The notes beneath the pieces are model-generated. The model did not search any database, was not told the DNA's origin, and saw only the letters and a list, made by a program, of their open reading frames with translations. Positions 41,299 through 51,500 of a DNA stretch of 64,000 nucleotides are shown here, piece by piece (position 1 is the first letter of the stretch; each line of letters begins with the position of its first letter). The stretch is taken from assembly GCA_963678315.1 (NCBI GenBank), contig OY782781.1:1664001-1728000 (forward strand), given 5' to 3'. The DNA comes from Candidatus Cloacimonadales bacterium (GTDB lineage: Bacteria > Cloacimonadota > Cloacimonadia > Cloacimonadales > JAFGVF01). Both the position numbers and the translations under genes were made by a program.

Positions 41299-43725
41299 GT
41301 GAAAATTATATATATCATTTTGTTAACATTAACAGTATTCTCATTGTATGGTGAGATTTTCACAGCTCAGGATTCTATGTTGCTTTCTGATAATCTAAAA
41401 CTAATAGAACTAGAAAGTAGCGACCTCAATTTCTTAAAAGATTGGGCAGATGAAACATATCTTAAGAACAATATTATTGTTAAGTCTATCAATAATCCAT
41501 ACTACTTTTTAGATTATATTGAAGAAATTGATAATGCTGATACACAAGAAAAACTGCATGAACAAGCTTTTAACTTTTTAGGAAATAATCAGGACTTAAC
41601 AAGTTCTTATCAGGACAAAAACAAAAGTGAATTTATGCTTACTGATGAAATTGATACTTTTCAGTTAGCTGTAATCATTGAGCAATATATTGATAAGAAA
41701 CTATATAACTATTCCTTAATTTTTAACAAACTAAGTGCTGAACAGATTGACACTCTATATACTTTTGCATCTATGCAGTTCGTAAATACTGAGGAAGAAA
41801 TTTCCATCGACTCAAAGGAGTTAGAGGATATAGTTAATCTTATAGAATGGCAAAGATTTAATGATCCTATTAGTATTGATGCCTCCACAATTAATGAAGA
41901 GAATTTTGAAATCTATAATATTGCTAACTTTCTTACTGTAAATGCTCCTAATATTGAATGGGAGTCTGAAGCTAATTTAATTGAGACTTCTCTTGGACTA
42001 ATCATAATTGGCGGTGTGAGAAACGATGTCTATGATATCGATGAATGTATTGCAATTATTGAACCTTCTGGTAATGATGTTTATAACTTCATAGATTATA
42101 AGCAATCTTCTTTCTTATTAGTTGATTTTGATGGAGATGATTACTATAAATCAGAAGCATCTATGTTCTCTGCTTTGAAAGGCTTCTCAATTGGTTACGA
42201 CTTAGCAGGAGATGATGTTTATACTGCTGTTAATGAAGTTTTTTCCAGTAAACTAGGATTTCAGTCATTTGTAGACCAATCAGGTCATGATATCTATAAA
42301 AGTAATCAGTTTTCTTTGGGAGCATCCATTCTAGGCTATTCAACTTTGATTGATAAAGATGGAAATGATACTTATACAAATGCCCTTTACGGAGAAGGAT
42401 TTGGCTCAGTGTGGGGATTTGGAGTACTTATGGATTTAAAAGGAAGTGATAACTACCTGTCTGGTAATCTTGAATTTCATGCTCCCTTAGCACCCAATGA
42501 TTATCAGTCAATGGGGCAAGGAATGGGAATAGGCTTACGACCTGATTTAGGTGGGGGTATAGGAATCCTAATTGATAAGGAAGGTAATGACAGATATAAT
42601 GGCTCTGTTTATGCTCAAGGAGTTGGCTATTGGTATGCTTTAGGAATTTTAATTGATAGCTCAGGCAATGATTTCTATAATGCGGTTTATTACCCGCAAG
42701 GGTCTGGTATTCACCTAGCCGGCGGTGCTTTAATTGATAAGCAGGGCGAGGATAGCTACTATTCTAAGCATGGACCAGGGCAAGGAGCAGGACATGACTT
42801 TGGTCTTGGTATTTTCATAGACGCAGAAGGTAATGACCACTACTCAATTGAAGGAGGAAATGGTCTTGGATTAACCAATTCAGTAGGACTTTTTATTGAT
42901 AAAAGGGGAAATGATAGATATGAGAATGGGGTTAACAGTAACTATGGTTATGGGAAAAAAGCCCGTTCTACTGGCTCAATAGGTATTTTTATTGATGGTC
43001 AAGGCAAAGATTATTATACTAATGAGACAATGGCAGATTCAACTCACTGGACTCAAGGACTTTATGGTATTGGAGCTGATTTAGAATTTTATGAAAATGA
43101 AATAGCTGTAGATAAAAGTGTTGAAATGCTAGCTATAGAATTTTCTGACCATGATCCAATCGATGAAATATTTCAGTATGCTTCTCAGTGGGAAGTGGGT
43201 AATGTAGTTGAACAAGTAAGAAAAGCTAGAGAGATTTTGATAGCTAGACCTGATGAAAGTTCTCAATATATAATGAATAACAAAATTAATACCCGAGACA
43301 CGAAAGAGTATAGAGCTATAAAAGAATTTTATGAGAATGCTGAAGACAAGCAAACAGATTTAATTTCAGGTCTTAGCTCAACAGATTCATTGATTGTGAA
43401 AAACTCAATTAGCTTAGTTAGTGACTTTAAACTCCAAGAAGCAACATCTTATATTATAGATTTTCTTGATGGAGGTAAGTATATTAGGGAAAATATCATT
43501 GCTCTATCTAGATACAAGAATGATAAATATATAGGTAACATTGTAGCCTTTAAGGATAATGAAAGTGAAAAGCTTCGTTTTGCAGTAGCTAGAGCTTTTG
43601 TAACGATAGATTCTGAAAAATCTAGACAGGAAATTGAGAAAATGCAATATGACTCATCTTTCTTGATAAAAACAATGGCAAGAGAGTACTTAAAGAAATT
43701 CCATGATAAGGAGACTGATAAGTAA
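41299..43725 (+). CDS. Secreted protein with many DxxG(N/D)DxY repeats and C-terminal HEAT-like helices
   Basis: GTG start with AAGGAAG RBS, signal peptide, >10 repeats such as IDKDGNDTY, IDKEGNDRY, IDSSGNDFY. Confidence 0.75.
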   Translation: MKIIYIILLTLTVFSLYGEIFTAQDSMLLSDNLKLIELESSDLNFLKDWADETYLKNNIIVKSINNPYYFLDYIEEIDNADTQEKLHEQAFNFLGNNQDLTSSYQDKNKSEFMLTDEIDTFQLAVIIEQYIDKKLYNYSLIFNKLSAEQIDTLYTFASMQFVNTEEEISIDSKELEDIVNLIEWQRFNDPISIDASTINEENFEIYNIANFLTVNAPNIEWESEANLIETSLGLIIIGGVRNDVYDIDECIAIIEPSGNDVYNFIDYKQSSFLLVDFDGDDYYKSEASMFSALKGFSIGYDLAGDDVYTAVNEVFSSKLGFQSFVDQSGHDIYKSNQFSLGASILGYSTLIDKDGNDTYTNALYGEGFGSVWGFGVLMDLKGSDNYLSGNLEFHAPLAPNDYQSMGQGMGIGLRPDLGGGIGILIDKEGNDRYNGSVYAQGVGYWYALGILIDSSGNDFYNAVYYPQGSGIHLAGGALIDKQGEDSYYSKHGPGQGAGHDFGLGIFIDAEGNDHYSIEGGNGLGLTNSVGLFIDKRGNDRYENGVNSNYGYGKKARSTGSIGIFIDGQGKDYYTNETMADSTHWTQGLYGIGADLEFYENEIAVDKSVEMLAIEFSDHDPIDEIFQYASQWEVGNVVEQVRKAREILIARPDESSQYIMNNKINTRDTKEYRAIKEFYENAEDKQTDLISGLSSTDSLIVKNSISLVSDFKLQEATSYIIDFLDGGKYIRENIIALSRYKNDKYIGNIVAFKDNESEKLRFAVARAFVTIDSEKSRQEIEKMQYDSSFLIKTMAREYLKKFHDKETDK

Positions 43726-43730
43726 AAATT

Positions 43731-44375
43731 ATGCATGACGAAAACCCAATTTCAGGCCACCAATCAACAGGAGAAGAAATATTTAGCTCTATAGTACATG
43801 GACTAGGTGTTCTTATAGCAACTGCCTGTATGATTATTCTTATTGTAAAAGCAACATACATAAACGATGCTAGAATGGTTGTTGGATATGCCATTTATGG
43901 CTTTGGCTCTATCTCCCTTTATCTATCATCTACATTGTTTCACTCTATTACTCATAAAAAAGCTAAGAATATATTCTCCATTTTTGACCAATCAGCAATT
44001 TACCTATTTATTGCAGGTACCTATACTCCGATAACACTTTTTATGCGTAATTCCTTAGGCTGGGTAATGTTTGGAATAATCTGGTTCTTAACTATCATTG
44101 GAATTGTATTTCAAGGCATTAATAAAGGAAAATCTAGCCATATAACAAATACAGTATATCTGGCAATGGGCTGGTTGTTCCTAGGTTTCTTATATTGGAT
44201 GCTAAAGATCTTACCTACTTCTCTATTTATGTGGCTTGCTATCGGGGGTGGCTGTTATACCTTAGGTGTTGTCTTCTATGCCTGGAAAAGACTTCCTTTC
44301 CATCACCCTATCTGGCATATCTTCGTAGTCTTTGGAACTGTCTGTCACTTCTTTGGATTACTCTCTTTGTGCTAA
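43731..44375 (+). CDS. Hemolysin III / PAQR family membrane protein
   Basis: EE..S..HG, SSTLFH, DQSAIYLFIAGTYTP, HPIWHIFV. Confidence 0.92.
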   Translation: MHDENPISGHQSTGEEIFSSIVHGLGVLIATACMIILIVKATYINDARMVVGYAIYGFGSISLYLSSTLFHSITHKKAKNIFSIFDQSAIYLFIAGTYTPITLFMRNSLGWVMFGIIWFLTIIGIVFQGINKGKSSHITNTVYLAMGWLFLGFLYWMLKILPTSLFMWLAIGGGCYTLGVVFYAWKRLPFHHPIWHIFVVFGTVCHFFGLLSLC

Positions 44376-44387
44376 CTCAGCATTTTA

Positions 44388-46229
44388 CCTGAATTAGTCG
44401 GAGCGCCAGCATCTTGCTGGCTTCACTTAGAACATCGTTATAAGTGAATTAGAAGAGACGTTTGGCATAACGTCTCAAACACTTCTATGATCACCCAGGG
44501 TTAAAACCCAGGGCTCTTTGTTGATTAACCCTTACAGGGTATCAATGGATTTAGGATTGTAGCCATCCTTGGTTACAAAAGGAATTTTGCGTAAGCATGA
44601 ACAAAGTTCAGCCTATCGACGGATGCTTACACTCCGATGGTTAAACTAGGATTGCAAGCAACAGTCTTTGCCTGAATTAGTCGGAGCGCCAGCATCTTGC
44701 TGGCTTCACTTAGAACATCGTTATAAGTGAATTAGAAGAGACGTTTGGCACAACGTCTCAAACACTTCTATAATCACCCAGGGTTAAAACCCAGGGCTCT
44801 TTGTTGATTAACCCTTACAGGGTATCAATGGATTTGGGATTGTAGCCATCCCTGGCTACGAAAAGATTTGCGTAAGCATGAACAAAGTTCAGCCTATCGG
44901 CGGATGCTTACACTCCGATGGTTAAACTGGGATTGTAGCCATCAGTCTTCGCCTGAATTAGTCGGAGCGCCAGCATCTTGCTGGCTTCACTTAGAACATC
45001 GTTATAAGTGAATTAGAAGAGACGTTTGGCACAACGTCTCAAACACTTCTATAATCACCCAGGGTTAAAACCCAGGGCTCTTTGTTGATTAACCCTTACA
45101 GGGTATCAATGGATTTGGGATTGTAGCCATCCCTGGCTACGAAAAGATTTGCGTAAGCATGAATAAAGTTCAGCCTATCGGCGGATGCTTACACTCCGAT
45201 GGTTAAACTGGGATTGCAAGCAACAGTCTTTGCCTGAATTAGTCGGAGCGCCAGCATCTTGCTGGCTTCACTTAGAACATCGTTATAAGTGAATTAGAAG
45301 AGACGTTTGGCATAACGTCTCAAACACTTCTATGATCACCCAGGGTTAAAACCCAGGGCTCTTTGTTGATTAACCCTTACAGGGTATCAATGGATTTAGG
45401 ATTGTAGCCATCCTTGGTTACAAAAGGAATTTTGCGTAAGCATGAACAAAGTTCAGCCTATCGACGGATGCTTACACACCGATGGTTAAACTGGGATTGC
45501 AAGCAACAGTCTTTGCCTGAATTAGTCGGAGCGCCAGCATCTTGCTGGCTTCACTTAGAACATCGTTATAAGTGAATTAGAAGAGACGTTTGGCACAACG
45601 TCTCAAACACTTCTATGATCACCCAGGGTTAAAACCCAGGGCTCTTTGTTGATTAACCCTTACAGGGTATCAATGGATTTAGGATTGTAGCCATCCCTGG
45701 CTACGAAAAGATTTGCGTAAGCATGAACAAAGTTCAGCCTATCGGCGGATGCTTACACTCCGATGGTTAAACTAGGATTGTAGCCATCAGTCTTCGCCTG
45801 AATTAGTCCCTGCTTGTGAAGGTATGTTAGGATTGTAGCCATCCCTGGCTACAAAAAGATTTGCGTAAGCATGAACAAAGTTCAGCCTATCGGCGGATGC
45901 TTACACTCCGATGGTTAAACTAGGATTGCAAGCAACAGTCTTTGCCTGAATTAGTCGGAGCGCCAGCATCTTGCTGGCTTCACTTAGAACATCGTTATAA
46001 GTGAATTAGAAGAGACGTTTGGCACAACGTCTCAAACACTTCTATAATCACCCAGGGTTAAAACCTAGGGCTCTTTGTTGATTAACCCTTACAGGGTATC
46101 AATGGATTTGGGATTGTAGCCATCCCTGGCTACGAAAAGATTTGCGTAAGCATGAATAAAGTTCAGCCTATCGGCGGATGCTTACACTCCTATGGTTAAA
46201 CTGGGATTGTAGCCATCAGTCTTCGCCTG
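44388..46229. repeat. Tandem array of ~282-bp multi-hairpin units (6 full, 1 short)
   Basis: Units start 44388, 44671, 44952, 45233, 45516, 45797 (148 bp), 45945. Confidence 0.95.
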
Positions 46230-46430
46230 ACACGGTTCCAGTTTGTCAATATTACCCCAACGGGGTAAATTATCCAAAGCCCATGATTTCAATCATGGGT
46301 AGCAATAGTCCCCAATATTACTAGTCCTAGAGGGACTTCTTTATCAAATATATAGCTAGCCAACATCAGAAAAGTACTTTCAGCACTATCTAACAATTAT
46401 ATGCTCTTACCTAGCTTTAAAAAGCTAGGC
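46230..46430. repeat. Left part of ~265-bp repeat module, interrupted by IS1182
   Basis: Matches 52387-52589; continues at 48102. Confidence 0.88.
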
Positions 46431-48101
46431 CAGACTGCTGACAAAGTAGAAAAAAGGTGTTTACAGCCAATTTTAGTTTTCATCTGATAGTTGATAGATT
46501 TTTTAGTATTGGTGATGATATTGTTGCATAAGTTCACTATGGGAGACAATATACCCAAAATAATCAAAAAATTTGAGTATTTTTGTTAAAATAGAACCCT
46601 TTTTTAGCTTTTTATTGATTCTCTTAAAGTATTTAACTAATTTTACTAAATTTTGAGTACAAGCTGTCATTAGAGCTTGTTCTTTAACTTTTTCAAGTCC
46701 TCTATATCGTGCATATCGATATCCATGATTTTGTTTTGCATTAGCAAAACTCCTCTCAATAGTCTCTTTTCGTCGCTTATAAATCTCTTTACCACAGAAT
46801 GTTAAACGATTCATATTTATCTTGTCTTTATATTTTTCCCAGACATGCCGATTTAGTACTTTCCTCCTTGTTTTATTTGAAGTACATTTAGATAAATGAG
46901 GACAGTTTTTACAGTCTTCAGCATTTGATACGTATTCTTTGTAGCCCTCTCTTCTTGTTGTTTTGTAATGTAATAATTTGTTATTTGGACAAATATATTG
47001 GTCGTTGACTGAGTCAAATTTGAATTTATTCTTGCTGAAAAATCCTTTTTTATGGCTACCTCTTTTGTACCCTATTACCCCCATTATTCCTTTTTCACAT
47101 AAAAAACGACAATTATCTACAGTATTATACCCAGCATCTAAGCCTACAGCTATAACATTAAAATTAAACCTTTCAATCTGCCGAAGAAGACGAGATTTAT
47201 ATACCACTGCATCATTTATATTCCCAGGTGTTATAAATACATCTGTTATAAAATTACATTTAGGATCCGTTGTCCTATGGTCTAAATAAAAGAAGCCTTG
47301 TGGTTTGCGGTCTCGTGCCATAAAACCACTGTCTGGATCTGTTGTGCTGGATTTAATTGTCTTGGTTTCTTCCTGTGGTTCCTTAGGAGGAAGTGGTTTT
47401 ATATTGTGTTTTTTTCTGTCTTCTGCGACTGCTTCATCCAAATCTTTAATATATTCTTTTGTAGTTCTTTTTACTACAATTTTTATGAACTTATTCTTAT
47501 TCGCATTAGCTTTTATATGGGTTGAGTCTGTATATAAAATTTTCCCATTAACTAAACCATTTTCAATGCCTAACTTAACAATATTATCAAAAATCTCTTG
47601 AAATAAATCATTATTAGCAAATCGTCTTTTACGAGTTTTACTTATAATTGAATGGTGAGGAATTTTATCATTAAATCCGAACCCTAAAAACCATCTATAT
47701 GCAAGATTAACTTGTATTTCTTTAAATATTTGACGTTCTGATTTAATACCAAAGAGATAACCTATTAATATTATTTTAAAAAGAGTTATTGGATTAATAG
47801 CAGGTCTACCAAAAGTCTCATTGTATGTGTCTTTCATTATATCATAAACGAAAGAGAAATCTATATATTCATCAAAAAACCTAAGGATATGATCGTCTGG
47901 AACCTGTTCTTCTAAATTTACAAGCTCGAATTCGTATTGTTTTCTATATTCTTCTTTAATCATTTTATCACCTCTAATTATATGCCTATCATATAATAAG
48001 GAGTAATATTGTCAAGTCTATTTGTGCTTTTTCTGGGTTGTTTAGTACAGAAAAAACATACGAAAATCACACATTGATTACATGACTTTGTCAGCAGTCT
48101 G
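46431..48101 (-). mobile_element. IS1182-family insertion sequence, 1671 bp
   Basis: Perfect 17-bp TIRs CAGACTGCTGACAAAGT; 22-bp duplication ACCTAGCTTTAAAAAGCTAGGC at 46409-46430 and 48102-48123. Confidence 0.93.
46503..47963 (-). CDS. IS1182-family transposase
   Basis: VPDDHILR, GRPAINP, NLAYRWFLG, DSTHIKANAN, TTDPD, DAGY, CP..C..C zinc motif, YKRRKETIERSFANAK. Confidence 0.93.
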   Translation of the reverse strand: MIKEEYRKQYEFELVNLEEQVPDDHILRFFDEYIDFSFVYDIMKDTYNETFGRPAINPITLFKIILIGYLFGIKSERQIFKEIQVNLAYRWFLGFGFNDKIPHHSIISKTRKRRFANNDLFQEIFDNIVKLGIENGLVNGKILYTDSTHIKANANKNKFIKIVVKRTTKEYIKDLDEAVAEDRKKHNIKPLPPKEPQEETKTIKSSTTDPDSGFMARDRKPQGFFYLDHRTTDPKCNFITDVFITPGNINDAVVYKSRLLRQIERFNFNVIAVGLDAGYNTVDNCRFLCEKGIMGVIGYKRGSHKKGFFSKNKFKFDSVNDQYICPNNKLLHYKTTRREGYKEYVSNAEDCKNCPHLSKCTSNKTRRKVLNRHVWEKYKDKINMNRLTFCGKEIYKRRKETIERSFANAKQNHGYRYARYRGLEKVKEQALMTACTQNLVKLVKYFKRINKKLKKGSILTKILKFFDYFGYIVSHSELMQQYHHQY

Positions 48102-48312
48102 ACCTAGCTTTAAAAAGCTAGGCTTTGGACAACTAATCCTTTCAGGATAACATCTGAAACTCTTGCCTTTAGTCCGGCTGCATTCAAGCATGATTAAAGA
48201 TGCACATTCAGAAAGGACTGTGATCGGCGAAGACGATTGAATGCACCCCCTCCAAAAAAGGATTGCAAGCATCCCTGGCTACGAAAAGATTTGCGTAAGC
48301 ATGAACTTAGGT
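48102..48312. repeat. Right part of interrupted repeat module plus 67-bp element and chimeric REP
   Basis: Matches 53262-53465. Confidence 0.8.
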
Positions 48313-48508
48313 ACACAGGGAAAGTTTATAGTTAATAAAATAATGTATAAATATATTGACAATATAAAATTACTAATAATATTTAGTTAAAACTTGTTTT
48401 GGAAAGATATTTTACAATAGGTATTTGAGAAAGTTTGGTATTGTAGAAATTGTAGTATCAATATTATGGGCAAAAAAATACTTGGTAACCTAATCAGGAG
48501 GCAGATAA

Positions 48509-51500
48509 ATGAAGAAAATAGCTTTAACTTTTTTATTAATAGTTATTGTAGTAGAAGTTTTTTGTATAAGTCATGAAGAAGGCGATTTAGTAGAGTTTTT
48601 CTTTGGAGAAGAGAACAATTGTGAATATGATAACTGGGTATCTCATGTATCGGAAAAACAGAATTTTAATAGTCAAAATACTTATGCTCCCTTTGATGTA
48701 CAAACGAATGGATTTGGCCAATTTACAATGGCAAGTTCTCAGCAATTAACTTCATGGCAAAGTGCAGTGGATTTATTTTTCAATGAAGAGTATGAGCTAG
48801 CTCAAGAAACTTTAATAGCATCTAATATTCCATATAAAGTTGTAGGGTTTATATATAATGATCAAGAATATATGATGCTAAGGGAAGATATTAATTTGCA
48901 ATACAATGATGATAATAATACAGACGATGAAAGCGATGATGAATTGGGTGCATTTGATTTTGGTTGGGGAATATTTATATATAATCCAGCATCAGGGAGC
49001 CCTGCTATGGTGTCAGTTCCTCATCCTAACGATAGTTTTGTAGGAACTTATCTAAGTGTTCAAGCATTTCTAGATTGCAATTGTAAATATCTTATGATTA
49101 ATGGGACAGGTAGAGAGTTAAATACAAATCAATGTGACCCAACAAGAAACAGTAATCATCCTTATGTCTATTTCTATGAAAAGGCAGCTAATCAAATAAG
49201 ATTGACCCAAGAAAGACATGAGATTGCTTTGCAGTTTGAATCATACGATTGGGACAAACATGAAGCTATGGCAAGTGTTCAGTTATCAGGTAAAATCGAA
49301 TCACCCTTGGGACTTCCAGTTAGAGACTGGTCTAGTAGTCATAATGATGTAATTCAAAATACTGATTACATTGTGTTTGAAGAAGATTACTTTGGTAATA
49401 ATAGTTTAGTTAACTTGAACGAATATTATGGACTTTATGAAAAGTATTCTATACCAACTATTTATCACGATTCTCTATTTACATCTGGTCCTATCGATAT
49501 TGTTGGATATACTGGATCTTCATTGACTGAAGTAAATATCCAGGATTATAATTATTGGTCATCTTATAGTCCCTTTATACATATTGCAGTAGATGAATTT
49601 CCAAACTGTTTTGAGCAAACAGAAGAAAATTATTTCTGGTTTTATGGCTATAATAATATGGATAATACTTGGGATTGGGAAAATAGATATAGCAATTGTG
49701 TTGAATATTATCATCCATTCATGACCGCATTAAATGAAGCACTAAATTGCTTTACTCAAATGGAGGATGGGGATAATCTCCCTCCAGCAGTAACTAATTT
49801 AAATTCTGAAAATACATTTAATGGTGTGAAGTTAAGTTGGCAAGGCCAAACTCCCTATGATTTTGATTCTTATCTACTTTATGTTTCAGAAACTCCGATA
49901 AGTAATGGTAATTATACGGTCTATGATAGTTCAGAAGAGAATGGATTGTATCAGCTAGGTTTTCCAGGTACAAAGAATGTTCTTATAGAAGATCTAAATG
50001 TGGGAACAGATTATTATTTCGCCATTGCTCAGCGTGATGTTTACGGCAATGTTTCAGAAATCTCGAATGAAAGCAACTCTACAACTTTACAAGCTTCTTT
50101 TAATAGATTTAGAACTATTGTAAAACAAGACACTATCGTTGTTGAAGCTTTTATTGAGGAAAGCACAAATTGTTCTTTATTTAGGCTTTACAGGAAAGAA
50201 GAAGGTCAAGAATATCAAGAATTATATAGTGGGAATTATATAAATCGCTACTATGATTCTGATATAGAAAATGATCTTGTTTATTCTTATAAGGTTTGTG
50301 CAATTAGCAACCTAAATGAGTTAATTCAAGTTTCACCTGAGTTGACAGCTTCTTGTCCTACATATCACAAGCTACAGTTGTCTGGTGGTAATCTTTTAAC
50401 CGATTTTACTTTTGGCAAAAGCTCATGTGCAACAGATGGCTATGATTTAGGTTATGATCAAAACTATGATACTATGAATAGTTTTGAACTTTACTCGGAA
50501 ATAGACTATTTGCAGGTCGCGAATGGGCAGGTAGAAAGAGAAGTTATTGGTGAATTTGATAGTAATGAAACATACCATAAATTTGATTTACATTTATACG
50601 CTCCTTATATAGGAACTTCTGATCTAGTCTTCTCTATGAGTAGTGATGATCTTGCTAATACAACAGACAAATTCTATATTTCCTACAATAATGAGCTTTA
50701 TAATCTAAGAGAGGGAGATATCCAGCTTTCTGTCGAAACAACTAACCATGCTTTTGAACTATATTGGGGTAATCTCCCTGCAAATGTAAGCTTTGCTAAT
50801 GATTCAGGAATCATTAGTGGAAGAGGTATCTCAGATTCAATTGAGTGGACAAGCCAGTTTCCTGAACTAGTTGATTCTTATTCTGTATATTTCAAGAATG
50901 AGCAAGATTCTATATTAGTAGCTGATAACTTATCATCAGATATATCTAGCATTGACTGGGAATATCAAGGCAATGAAACTATAAGATCAATCAATTGCTA
51001 TGTTATGGTTCACACTTTACAAGGGCAAGATATTGTCTTTAAGAATAACCACTCTTCTTTACTTTTGGGTAATTTAGATAATATAATTTTAGATAATGAA
51101 GAATCTTCGAACTGGTTAGTATCATATCCTTTTTCTCAAGCTCAGAATATCAATGAAATTAGTAATCTAGATCAAGTATATTCTTTTAACAATGGCGAAT
51201 ATCTTCAGCAGGATAACATCATTAATAATGAAGGATATCTCGCTGTTATCAATGGATCTGTTGAAATCTCTATTTTAGGTGAATGTCTAGTTGATGAAAA
51301 TACTATCTTTTTAAATCAAGGTTGGAATTTAATTGCTAATCCTCATCCTATAGAATATAATGTGTCAGACTTACTATTCTACTATGGAAACACTTTTAGG
51401 TCACCTAGTTACGTTATAACTCAAGAAGCAATTTCTCCTTACTTTATGGGGATTAGAAATGATTCTTACAGCGAAATAAGGACAATAAAGTCTTATGAAA

